64,000 nucleotides of DNA, from the NCBI GenBank assembly GCA_963849325.1, contig CAWKHF010000010.1, positions 64,001 to 128,000 of the forward strand, written 5' to 3'. The stretch comes from an uncultured Planctomycetota bacterium (GTDB taxonomy: Bacteria > Planctomycetota > Planctomycetia > Gemmatales > Gemmataceae). The position numbers and the translations under genes were made by a program. Below, piece after piece: positions 20,889 to 30,935 of the stretch. The notes beneath the pieces were generated by a model. The model was not told the DNA's origin, did not search any database, and worked only from the letters and a program-made list of their open reading frames with translations. Each line of letters starts with the position of its first letter. The first letter of the stretch is position 1.

Positions 20889-21204
20889 ACGTGGTCCCTC
20901 CCTCTTTCCTCCCGCTACCTCCGCTACTTGCAGCCTGTCCAGCACGCTTTTCTCTCCTCCCCGAGGATTCTTGTTCGAGGCAGCGCCTCTCTTGCAGACC
21001 ATTCCGTCTTGTTAACCGTACCTGTCCCAACCGCCTCTTCGCGGTAATCGTCAGGATCGACAAACGCCACCCGAATCGAGGAGGAATCGCTCGTTGTCGA
21101 GCGGCGTTTTTCGGAGAGGGGCGCCGGCCCTGCAAGTTCATCGGACACGAAGGTGGCGCCCAGGGCGGTCGCCTCCGTTCCGTGACCCGAGAAGGAGGTT
21201 TGCT

Positions 21205-21444
21205 ATGCGTCTCCGCTTTGCCGCCTTACTGCTTGGCCTGGCTACCCTCGCCCCTTTGGGCTGCAAATGCTGCCGTCCTTGCGACAGCGTGCCCCCGCCG
21301 CCGCCGCCCTGTCCCCTCCAGGCGAGTCCACCACCCCTGGCTTCGCCCATCGGGATGCTGCCGACGACCGACCCCGACCGTCCGCAGGCTGAACCGCCTT
21401 TGAATTCGGCCAGGCCGACGAGCCTGACGTCGTGGACCCGATAA
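21205..21444 (+). CDS. Small Cys/Pro-rich lipoprotein
   Basis: AAGGAGG RBS; MRLRFAALLLGLATLAPLGC lipobox; CKCCRPC and poly-Pro. Confidence 0.6.
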   Translation: MRLRFAALLLGLATLAPLGCKCCRPCDSVPPPPPPCPLQASPPPLASPIGMLPTTDPDRPQAEPPLNSARPTSLTSWTR

Positions 21445-21510
21445 CGTCCGGCCGGAACAATGAGCCGATGGTCGCGGAAGGTTGCGCCGGCCGTGTCCAT
21501 CGGCCTCTCA

Positions 21511-22875
21511 TCATTGCTTGTGCAGGTCGAGGCACTTCCGTTGGCGCTCGTCGCGGAGAAACAGCCGGCCCTCGGCCAGCACCGGCATGGTCCAGCAGCG
21601 TTTGCGAAACGGTCGCGCCGACGCCTCTTCCTGATACTCCTGGGGAGTCGCCCGAACGAGGAGAAGGCGGCCGTTCTCGCCGAGCACGACCAGATGATCG
21701 TCCGCGCGGAGCAGCGACCCCTTGTTGACGCCGGCATGCGACCACGCCACCTGGCCGGTGCGGAGGTTCAGGCAAATCAAGCGCGAATCGTCGATGCCGT
21801 ACAGGTATTCGCCGCGACGGACGGGGCTGGCGAAATGGCTGTTCATCTGTTGTCCCTGGTAGACCTGCTTCGCCTCGAAGCCGCCGGCGCCGGTCGCCGC
21901 GATTTTCAGCAGGGCACAGCCCTTGCCGTAGCCCGAAGAGATGAAGACGTAGTCGAGGATTTGGCCGTCCTTGCGCGCCTGGAAGACGACGGGAGTGGCG
22001 GCATTAACGTCATAGCTCGTCGCCCACGGGAAGCGCCAGCACAGCCGGCCGTCCCGCGCCGCCACGCCGACCACGCTCTCGCCCAGGAAGAAGACGATTT
22101 GCCGCGTACCGCCGATGGTGACGGCCAGCGGCGAACTGTAGCCGGCCGGCTCGTCGAGCGCCTTCCAGGCCAGTTCGCCGCTGAGTTTGTCGAAAGCGGC
22201 GATCGAGTTGCCGCCACTGCCTCCGGGACTGGTGAACACCCGCTCGCCGTCGATCAGCGGCGAAAAGGCGATGCCCCACTTGGGTGCGGTGGCGTGAAAT
22301 TCGGCGAGCAGATCGTGCTTCCAGTGCGGCACGCCGCTGGTCGCGTCCAGGCAAAGGAACGTGCCGCCGCTGCCCACGGTATAGAGCCGATCGCCGTCGA
22401 GCGCCGGTGTGGAGCGCGGTCCCGGATAGTCGGCCGCCGTGTAGGGACAGTCGTAGGCGTGCCGCCACACCTCCTTGCCGTCCTCGACGCGCCAGCACGC
22501 CACGACTTCTTGCGTCCCCTCTTGGAACAGCGAGTAGAGCCGGCCGTCCTTGACGGCGAAGGAGGAATAACCGAGGCCGATGCGATTCTGCCACCGAAGC
22601 GGCGGTCCCTCTTCGGGCCAATCCGTCAGCAGGTCGGCGGAGTGGACAACGCCGTCGCGGTGTGGCCCGCGCCACTGCGGCCAACCCGCCGACGCGGGCG
22701 CCGACTCCTCCTCAATGAAGACGGCGCCCGCCAGTTCGGCGCTCAGATCGGCATTGACGTCCATGCGGATCGCGTAAGTGCGGTAAGCCTGGTACGCCGT
22801 CTGCACCACGAACAGGCCGAACAGAACGGCGCTGGCCCCCAGGACCACGGAACCGTTGCCGCGCCGGCCCTCCAT
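21511..22875 (-). CDS. PQQ-binding-like beta-propeller protein
   Basis: WPQWRGPHRDG, GYSS, PRSTP, repeated G..W motifs, WTMPVLAEGRLFLRD. Confidence 0.9.
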   Translation of the reverse strand: MEGRRGNGSVVLGASAVLFGLFVVQTAYQAYRTYAIRMDVNADLSAELAGAVFIEEESAPASAGWPQWRGPHRDGVVHSADLLTDWPEEGPPLRWQNRIGLGYSSFAVKDGRLYSLFQEGTQEVVACWRVEDGKEVWRHAYDCPYTAADYPGPRSTPALDGDRLYTVGSGGTFLCLDATSGVPHWKHDLLAEFHATAPKWGIAFSPLIDGERVFTSPGGSGGNSIAAFDKLSGELAWKALDEPAGYSSPLAVTIGGTRQIVFFLGESVVGVAARDGRLCWRFPWATSYDVNAATPVVFQARKDGQILDYVFISSGYGKGCALLKIAATGAGGFEAKQVYQGQQMNSHFASPVRRGEYLYGIDDSRLICLNLRTGQVAWSHAGVNKGSLLRADDHLVVLGENGRLLLVRATPQEYQEEASARPFRKRCWTMPVLAEGRLFLRDERQRKCLDLHKQ

Positions 22876-22982
22876 GTGAACACTCCTTCTCCCTGGTAGT
22901 CAACTAAGTATCGATCTGGGTTCGGGCGATAGCCGCGAGAAGAGCCTGTAACGTAATGGGGTATTTTTACGGCAATAAGAAG

Positions 22983-23054
22983 AGCCGACGGTGAGATTTG
23001 AACTCACGACCCATGCTTTACGAAAGCATTGCTCTACCACTGAGCTACGTCGGC
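22983..23054 (-). tRNA. tRNA-Thr(CGT)
   Basis: Reverse strand reads GCCGACGTAGCTCAGTGGTAGAGCAATGCTTTCGTAAAGCATGGGTCGTGAGTTCAAATCTCACCGTCGGCT; cloverleaf with CGT anticodon; CCA not encoded. Confidence 0.95.
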
Positions 23055-23197
23055 ATTAGTTTGTAGTCTTCATATCCTATTGAAACCACCATGAAGTGCA
23101 ACAGCAATTAGACACACCCGCGTAGGGCGAAATGAACCGGTGTTGGCCAATCCGAAGGCTCCCCAAGGCCGCCACTCGCTTGGCCCTCATTCCTTCG

Positions 23198-24439
23198 TTA
23201 CGGCGTTTCCCGGATTTCCGCGATGAATTGCTCGTGGACGTGTTCGCAAGCGGCCCGGATGACTCGATCGCTGAAACCCTTGTTGCTCAGCGCCTTGCGC
23301 ACCTCCTCCTCGATGCGGTCGGCGCCACGGTCGGCCAGGACGCTGAGGACAGCGACCGTCTCCTTGCCTTGGACGTTGTTGGCGCGGACCTGCAAGTCCC
23401 TGTGTCTTCGCACCAGTTTTTCATAGCGGGCCATCAGCCAACTTCTCTGGCCCTCCCATTCGAGGCTGCCTCCCCGCTCGGTCAACAACTGGTGCAGCGC
23501 GGCGACGAAACGCTCGCGGCCGGCATCGTCGGCCGGCGCCGGCGTCTGGCTTTTCGGAGAAGGCGCGGACGTATTCTCGGTGTCCGGCAAGTTCGGGGCC
23601 GGCAGCGCGGCCAGGTGGCGATGCAGGGCCAGCGTGGACCACAGGTTGACGGCGAGCAGTCCGGTGAGCAGCAGCAGCAGAAAGACCAGGGCGACTGGCC
23701 AACCGCGCGAGACGTGAGCCGGTCGGATCGCCGGGGTTTCGGTCGATGGGCGATCGAGCTTGAGGGCGACGCCGGCCAGATGCGGCGTCCAGGCGATGAG
23801 CGGGCCACGCTGGGCGTAGGTGGATAGCGGGAAATCGGGGCCGACCAGCGGCAGCCACTGCCAGGACGTGCCGGCGCCCTGTTCGAGCAGACGCAGTCGA
23901 TGGTCCGGGTCGGCCGGCGTGCTGGCGGCGAACAGCAGCGCCCCTTCCTGCCAGAGGCGGATTGGCAGCACGGGGAGCGGGTCGGCGTGCGGCGGCGGGA
24001 GTTCGACGCCGGCTACGACCTCCGCCAACGAAAAGCGTCCGCCCAACGGGTGCAGGTCGTCGGCGCCGGCCCGGCGCTGCCGCAGCCAGTGGTAAACCGC
24101 CAGGGCGGAGTCCACGTCCAGGTCGGCCGGGGCCACGACGCCGACCAGTTCGAGGCCGCCGCGCCTCTGACTGGGTGTGTGGTCGGCCAGGCCGTAACGC
24201 GCTACCGCGATGAGACGCCGGCCATCGGCCAAGAGCACGGAGCAGAACAGGTCGGTTGGCGGCCAGTGGTCGGAGTACGGTGCCGCCTGAAGTCGGCGGG
24301 CCAACGCTTCCACCTCGGCGCACCACGGCTCGGCGCGGGGCGGCGCCAGCAGGCGGTAGCCCAGGCTGCGCAGCGATACGCCTTCGAGGTCTTCGCCATA
24401 AGCGAAGCCGGACAGATCGTCCGGTGCAGGGTCGGACAT
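23198..24439 (-). CDS. Hypothetical single-pass membrane protein
   Basis: Long ORF with host-like codon use and one TM segment (WPVALVFLLLLLTGLLAVNLW). Confidence 0.7.
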   Translation of the reverse strand: MSDPAPDDLSGFAYGEDLEGVSLRSLGYRLLAPPRAEPWCAEVEALARRLQAAPYSDHWPPTDLFCSVLLADGRRLIAVARYGLADHTPSQRRGGLELVGVVAPADLDVDSALAVYHWLRQRRAGADDLHPLGGRFSLAEVVAGVELPPPHADPLPVLPIRLWQEGALLFAASTPADPDHRLRLLEQGAGTSWQWLPLVGPDFPLSTYAQRGPLIAWTPHLAGVALKLDRPSTETPAIRPAHVSRGWPVALVFLLLLLTGLLAVNLWSTLALHRHLAALPAPNLPDTENTSAPSPKSQTPAPADDAGRERFVAALHQLLTERGGSLEWEGQRSWLMARYEKLVRRHRDLQVRANNVQGKETVAVLSVLADRGADRIEEEVRKALSNKGFSDRVIRAACEHVHEQFIAEIRETP

Positions 24440-24489
24440 GGTGCCGTCCTCTCTCGCTGGGGTTTCGTGGTGCGCGAGGACCACCGCGC

Positions 24490-26232
24490 TTACTCCGCCA
24501 GTTCATTGGTCACGAGCAGGATTTCGCGGCCGTTGTAGAGATCGCGGTGCCGGGCGACCAATCGATACGACGGCGGCGCGAATGCCCGGAGCTGGTCCCA
24601 GCCCTCCTGGGAGACGAACAGGTACACCGGCAGGGGCGTGCGCAGAAGTTCGCAGGCATAGAGGAGGTTCTGCGGGCAGGACACCTCACGCTGGCAATAA
24701 AAGACCAGGCTGGGCTGAAAATAGTCGAACGCCCCCACTCGCAGCTCGCGGCGGTTGTGGTCCTCGGGCAGAGACTGGACCAGCGCTCGCGGCGCCTTGA
24801 AACGGTCCACGGCGTCGGCGCCCCAAAGGGCGATCCCGGCGGTGAAGACGAGGCCCGTCGCCGTCACGCAGCCGATCAGGCCGCCGCGCCGGCCGCGACG
24901 CAGGCACCATCCGGCGGCGACAGCCCCTGCCAGGAACACACCCCCCAGCCAAGCTCCTCTCTCTAACCCCGGAAAAGAGCGGCCATGCAGAGACGATACG
25001 GGGACCGTACCGCCCGCGATCAGCAGGCCCATGCTCACGCCGACGCCGATCAGCGCCAGGCAGGTCAGGCTCGTCGGCATCACCCAGGCCGGCAGCGTGA
25101 CCCGGCCGCGCCGCCAGTCGTCGAGGAAGGACGCCATCAGCAGGGCCACGGCTGGATACGCCGGCAGGATGTAATTGGGCAGCTTCGTCCGCACCACGGT
25201 GAAGAAGACAAACCAGACCGCCAGCCAGCACAGCAGGAACTGCGCCGCGGCCCGCGAATCCCCAGTGGGACAGGGGTCTCGCCTGTCTCCAGCCTGGACA
25301 GGCGTGACGCCTGTCCCACCGCGCAGCCGTTTCCAGAAGTGCCAGCCGGTCGAGCCGAGGAACACCGACCACGGCGTCAGCCCGGCGAAAAGGACGAGGA
25401 CGTAATAGTAGAACGGCCCACGGTGGTTCTCCATCGCGTGGAGGCCGCGCTCGACGTTGTGCTTCCAGAAGAAGCCGTCGAGCCATTCGCCCTTCGTCTC
25501 CACCCCGACCCAGACGTACCAGGGCGCCGCGACGAGAAGGAACAGGGCGGAAGCTCCCAACACGCGCAGGTCTCCCAGCCGCCGCAGTTCGCGGCGTCCC
25601 AGCAGGAACAGTATCGCCGTCGCCAGCGGCAAGAGGAGTGCGACCGGCCCCTTGGCCAACATGCCCAGGCCGGAGGCGACGCCGGACCCCAGCAGCCACC
25701 AGCCGTCCTCGCGCCGGTAGTGGTTCCAGAAGCACCACAGCGTTAGCACGGTACACAGGTTGAGGAAGGCGTCGGGGTTGGCGAAATGGGCGGCGGCGCC
25801 GAACGCGACCGCGCCGACCAGCACCAGTCCCGCCAGCAGGGCCGTGGACTGGTCGAACAGACGTCGGCCCAGCTCGTAGGTAACGAGGACGGCCAGCAGG
25901 GCGGCCAGCGCCGACGGCAGGCGGGCGGCGAACTCGGTGACGCCGCAAACGTGGTAGGCCGACGCTTGCAGCCAGTACAGCAAGACCGGCTTGTCCACGC
26001 GCAGTTTGTAGTTGAACGTCGGCACGATGAAGTTGCCGGACTCGTACATCTCTCGAGCGCACTGGGCGTTGTTGCCCTCATCGATGTCCCACAGGCTGGG
26101 ACCGCCGAGGTTGGGCAGGCACAGTGCGGCCCACACCAGGGCCAGCAGGGTGTAGTGCCCCCCTCGACCTCGAATGACAAGCTGACAAGCTGACAAGATG
26201 ACAACCCTCTGCCAGGGTGAGAAGTTCTCCAC
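24490..26232 (-). CDS. ArnT/PMT-like GT-C glycosyltransferase (start uncertain)
   Basis: LWDIDEG, DKPVLLYW, ARLPSA, KGPVA, KLPNYILPAYP; many TM segments. Confidence 0.88.
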   Translation of the reverse strand: MENFSPWQRVVILSACQLVIRGRGGHYTLLALVWAALCLPNLGGPSLWDIDEGNNAQCAREMYESGNFIVPTFNYKLRVDKPVLLYWLQASAYHVCGVTEFAARLPSALAALLAVLVTYELGRRLFDQSTALLAGLVLVGAVAFGAAAHFANPDAFLNLCTVLTLWCFWNHYRREDGWWLLGSGVASGLGMLAKGPVALLLPLATAILFLLGRRELRRLGDLRVLGASALFLLVAAPWYVWVGVETKGEWLDGFFWKHNVERGLHAMENHRGPFYYYVLVLFAGLTPWSVFLGSTGWHFWKRLRGGTGVTPVQAGDRRDPCPTGDSRAAAQFLLCWLAVWFVFFTVVRTKLPNYILPAYPAVALLMASFLDDWRRGRVTLPAWVMPTSLTCLALIGVGVSMGLLIAGGTVPVSSLHGRSFPGLERGAWLGGVFLAGAVAAGWCLRRGRRGGLIGCVTATGLVFTAGIALWGADAVDRFKAPRALVQSLPEDHNRRELRVGAFDYFQPSLVFYCQREVSCPQNLLYACELLRTPLPVYLFVSQEGWDQLRAFAPPSYRLVARHRDLYNGREILLVTNELAE

Positions 26233-26413
26233 CCCAGGCGATAACGCGCCAACCGCGTAATTGTCAAGCTCTTCGTCACCTTGTCCGCATGGCGCGGAGG
26301 CGCGGCTCCTCTTGCTTTTTCCGATTCCATGTGGGCATTATCCGCGGCGCCCTATCGGCTGTCGAACCGGAATCCCGGCGGCAGTCCTCTCCGGCCGAGG
26401 GAGGTCCACAGCG

Positions 26414-27061
26414 ATGTCGAAAGGAGTCGAGCAGAAGACGGTCCTGTACCTGATCCGTCACGGCGCGACCGAGGCCAACCTGGCTCGTCCGGCCCGCTTG
26501 CAGGGGCGGCGCCACAATCCGCCGCTGGCCCGCCTCGGCGTGCGCCAGGCCGAGGCGACGCGCGACTTCCTCGCCATCCGCCCCATCGATCACTGTTATT
26601 CCAGTCCGCTGTTGCGGGCCGTGCAGACCGCCGCCATCGTCGCCGCGCCGCACGGTCTGTCGCCGCAGCCGCTCGACGCATTGACCGAGTGCGACGTCGG
26701 CCGCTGGGAGGGGCTGGACTGGCAGACCATCCACGCCCTCGACGCCGACGGTTTCCAGCGCTTCCACGCCAACCCGGCGGAGTTCGGCTACCCCGGCGGC
26801 GAATCGTTCCGCGACGTGTACCAGCGCGTGACGCCGGTCCTCGACGAACTGCTGAGCGTGCATGACGGCCAGTCGGTCCTCGTCGTCGCCCATCACATCG
26901 TCAACCGCACGTATCTTGCCGGGCTTCTCGGCCTGACTCCCGACCAGGCGCGGCAGGTGACGCTGGACAACTGCGGCATCTCGGTCATCGTCCGCGACGG
27001 CGCCCAAACGATGGTCAACACGCTCAACGCCGCCTTCCATCTCCAGGGTGTCGCCGCCTGA
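26414..27061 (+). CDS. Histidine phosphatase (phosphoglycerate mutase-like)
   Basis: LIRHGAT, SSPLLRAVQTA, GESF, VVAH. Confidence 0.9.
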   Translation: MSKGVEQKTVLYLIRHGATEANLARPARLQGRRHNPPLARLGVRQAEATRDFLAIRPIDHCYSSPLLRAVQTAAIVAAPHGLSPQPLDALTECDVGRWEGLDWQTIHALDADGFQRFHANPAEFGYPGGESFRDVYQRVTPVLDELLSVHDGQSVLVVAHHIVNRTYLAGLLGLTPDQARQVTLDNCGISVIVRDGAQTMVNTLNAAFHLQGVAA

Positions 27062-27069
27062 CGGTGAAG

Positions 27070-29400
27070 GGTTCACCTCTGCGGTACGATCTCCAGTTTC
27101 GTCTCGGCGACGCCGGACCCGCCGCGTCGTCCAGCGTCGCCCGCAGCACCACCGGCATGTTGAACGGTCCCAGCGCGGCGGAGGCGAAACGCAAGGTGAA
27201 CGTCCGCCCGCGACTTGCTCGGCCGGGATGACGACCGGCTCGGCGTGGAGGCCGCGCACGTGTTCGGGCCGGATCAGTTCGAGCTTGACCGGGCCGGCCA
27301 GACCCTTGCCGCGACGTGACCCGCACGTGTCACCGTCGTCTGCCCGCCAGGCACGGCGGCGACCGATTGCCGGTCGATCTCGATGCCGAGCCGGCCGGTC
27401 TCCACCACGGCGATGACCTGATCGTTCTGTCCCTCCGAGCTGTAGCCGACGGTGTACTCGGCTCCCGCCTTCGCGGACGACGCCGACGGCCATGATGCAG
27501 GCGCGCGAGGTGCGGCCGGTCTCCATCCACGGCGGCAGACGCACGGCGTACTCGAACTCACTCGACGTCCGGCGGGACCGTGAGGGTCGGCCCCGTGACG
27601 CCTTGCAGGTGACGCATCTGGTGATCGGCCAGGCTCACTTCCAGAGGGCCGGTGAAGCCGTTGCGCTCGATCTTGTAGCGGCGGCGGAACACGCTGCCGC
27701 GCGGCGCCAGGCGCAGATCGTAGGCGCCGACGATCTTGAACGGCGGCTTCAGGGCCACCGCCAGCAGCACGGAATCGATCGGTCGTCTCGCCCTGCGCCA
27801 CCGGCAGTGTCGCCGTCCGAGTCACCGTCTGTCCGTCGACCGACGCGCTGCCGTGGATGGTCAAATGGGCCGTGCCGATGGCGGCGAACGCCGTGGTCGT
27901 CAGCGTGATGTCCGCCGCGTTCTGTCCGGCCGCGATGATGGCGTTCGAGGCCGTGACGCCCGCCGGCAGTCCGGCGACGCGAAGCGCGATCGGCCCGGCG
28001 AAGCCGCCCTGTCTCTCGGCGACGACGTGCAGCCGCGCCTGCCCGCCGCGCGGCAGCGTCACGACGTCCGCCGACGCCCCGCGTTGCCGGCCGTTGCCCG
28101 CCAGATGCAGTTGAAAACCCGGCACGGCCGGCCCCAGACGCAGGCGGTAGGCATACTCCGGCCCGCCGCGCGTTCGGAAGCGATCGGCGACGCGGACGAG
28201 ATACGTCCCATCGGCCGGCGGCGTGAACGTCAGCATCGGGATCGAGCGTGCCCGTCGCCGCCTCGGCGCGAGCCAGCTCCTTGCCGGCGGCATCGCTCAC
28301 CGTCAGCACGCCTTGCAGCGGCGAACCGAGTTGACGCGCCCGCAACTCCAGCGTCACCGCTTCTCCCTTGCGTGCCGGGAAGCTCCAGGTATCCACATCG
28401 CCCGGCCGGTCGATGCGGCCGTTCACCACGCACGGCAACTTCACCGGTTTCGCCTGCGCCGCCTCGTCGTTCGGCTCGGCCTCCTGATGCTCGGGCGAGA
28501 TCATCGAGATCGAGCAACGACCGGGTTCGTCTCCTTGCCTGCAGAGGAGGAAACGATGCCGATAGTCGCCGGGCGCATCGGCGGGCAGGTCCAGTTCCAC
28601 GCCCTCGGCCGGTACGCCCTGCCCATGCAAGGGAAAAGTGCACCTTGCTGCCGCGCCGGCCGCCGAGGGGATAGACGCGATCGACGAACGGATCGGCGGT
28701 CAGCGTCAGGCGATAGACGTAGGCCGGGCCGCCCTGGAAGTTCGACGTCGTGGATGCGGACCTGATAGTCGCCGTCTTCCGGGGCGGTGAAGCGCAGACG
28801 CGAATCGGCGCCGTCGGCGTCGTCATTCTCGGCGATCTTGCGGCCGTGCGGGTCGAACACTTCCAGGTGCGAATCGAGCGGCGAGCCGAGGCGGGCGGCG
28901 TGGACCTCGGCGGTGATACGTCTGGCCCTTGCGCGCGGCGAACGTCCAGACGTCCACGTCCTCGCGCGGGAAGATGCGGCCGTTGATCGTCACCGGCAGC
29001 GTCACGTCCACCGGGATCGGATCGCCGTCGATCTCGTCCTCGACGATTTCGGGCAGATCGCCGACGACGAACGCAGTCCGCCAGCGGCGCCCTCGGCGGT
29101 CCACAGCCGGCCGCGGCGCACGCCCGAGCGGGGCATCGGCGGCGATGCGAACTTCGCCGGCCATGTCGCGCGGATAATCTTCCGCCTGCTGCGAATCCGG
29201 CAGCGGCAGCAGCGGCCCCTCGAACCACACGCGTTGGCGTGCTCCGCAGTTGCTTGCTCGCCTCGACGCCCGGCCCGAGCAGCTCGAAGGAGCAGTTCTT
29301 GTACAGGTACAGGCCGCCGACGCGCACCTTCACCGTCGTGCCGCGCTGGCCGCCCGCCGGGAAGATGTACGACGCCACCGGCGGGTTCGGCGAAGAGAGA
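27070..29400 (-). CDS. PPC (pre-peptidase C-terminal) domain protein, heavily frameshifted
   Basis: [49 protein letters not shown]. Confidence 0.75.
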
Positions 29401-29541
29401 TTCACCACAGAGGACACAGAGAACACAGAGAAAGACAGAAGAACGATTCAAACCGGACGAGCGATAGATCGACGATAGAGAGCATACCGCTTTCTCGCTT
29501 CTCTTTTGTCTTCTCTGTGTTCTCTGTGTCTCTGTGGTTAA
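29400..29541. repeat. Nonamer-repeat hairpin (CACAGAGAA-like)
   Basis: ACCACAGAGGACACAGAGAACACAGAGAA ... TTCTCTGTGTTCTCTGTGTCTCTGTGGT. Confidence 0.8.
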
Positions 29542-29548
29542 CTCTTCT

Positions 29549-30890
29549 TCACAGCAGATCATCGATGACGCGGCCGTTGTTGACGATGGCGACCGGCCGG
29601 CCTTCGGGCGTGAGGAACTCGTCCTTGGGGTCGATGCCCAGCAGGTGGCAGATCGTCGCCGACAGGTCTTCGGGGCCGTGCGGGTCGGCGGCGGGCGTTC
29701 GGCGCGGGCGTCGGTCTTGCCGACGACGCGGCCGCCCTTGATGCCGCCGCCGCCCAGCGCCACGGTGAACGCCGGCCCCCAGTGGTCGCGGCCGGCGTTC
29801 TTGTTGATGCGCGGCGTCCGGCCGAACTCGCCGGTGACGACCACCAGCGTCGTGTCGAGCAGGCCGCGGTCGGCCAGGTCGCGCGAAGCAGCGTCGAGAG
29901 GCCGGCGTCGAGCCAGGGCAGCAGTTGCCGCTTCAGCGTGGCGAAGTTGTCGTCGTGCGTGTCCCAGTTGCTGTGGTCGATGGTCACGCAGCGCACGCCG
30001 GCCTCGACGAGCCGCCGGGCCATCAGGCACGACTGGCCGAGCGTGTTGCGGCCGTACTCGTCGCGCAGCTTGTCGGGCTCGGCGTGGATGTCGAACGCCT
30101 TCTTGGCCTGCCGGCGAGGTCATCAGGTCGAACGCCTTCTGCTGGAAGACGCTGACGGTCTGGGCGCGTGGATTGGCCTGCAGCCTCGGCCGACTTGCTG
30201 GAAGCGGTCGATCTGGGCGAGCAGTTCCTTGCGCGCGTCGAGCCGGTCGGCGTCGAGCGCCGGCGGCGGCACGACGTCGGGCACGGCGAAGTCGGGGGCG
30301 TTGGGGTCGGCGTCGATGACGAACGGGGCGGCGGCGGCGCCGAGGTAGGCCGAGCCGGTGCTGGGGTGCATCTTGGGCAGGCAGACGTAGGGCGGCACCG
30401 AGCCGCGCGGCCCGAGCTTGCGGGCGATGATCGCGCCGTGGGCCGGCCGCTGGTTGTTCGGGCTCAGGCCGGGATTGAAGCCGGCCTGCGGGAAGTAGCC
30501 GGTCAGCATGTAGTGGTCGGCCGGCCCGTGGTCGGAGTTGTGATGGCGGAACGAGCGGATCAGCGAGAGCTTGTCCATCTGCCGGGCGAGCGCGGCAGGT
30601 GCTCGCCGATCTGGATGCCGGGCACGTTGGTGGCGATCGGCTTGAACTCGCCGCGGAACTCGGCCGGGGCGTCGGGCTTGAGGTCCAGCGTGTCGATGGT
30701 GCTCAGGCCGCCGTGCAGGAAGAGGAAGATCAGCGAGACGTCGCGCGGCGACCGCGCCTCTTCGGCGGCGCGGGCCTGGCGGGCCGAGGAGCTCCGGCAG
30801 CGTCAGGCCCAGGCCGAAGAGGCCGGCCGTCCCCAGACGCAGGAAGTCGCGGCGGCGATGCCGTCGCAGAAAGCTTCGGTGATGCGTCAC
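29549..30890 (-). CDS. DUF1501 protein (Tat-like RRDFL), frameshifted
   Basis: [40 protein letters not shown]. Confidence 0.88.
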
Positions 30891-30935
30891 GATGCAGCCC
30901 CCTTTGCGATCGCCTCTCGCCATCGTTGCTCGTTC

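Noticed and set aside
22890-23054. tRNA-Thr as an island integration site
   Set aside because: No duplicated tRNA 3' end or adjacent integrase was seen in the window.
23198-24439. Possible GTPase-associated (GAP1-like) conflict-system component
   Set aside because: The resemblance is too weak, and no partner GTPase or tubulin-like genes are in the window.
29400-29541. Short repeats as a CRISPR array
   Set aside because: Units are 7-9 nt, tandem and inverted, with no unique spacers and no cas genes.
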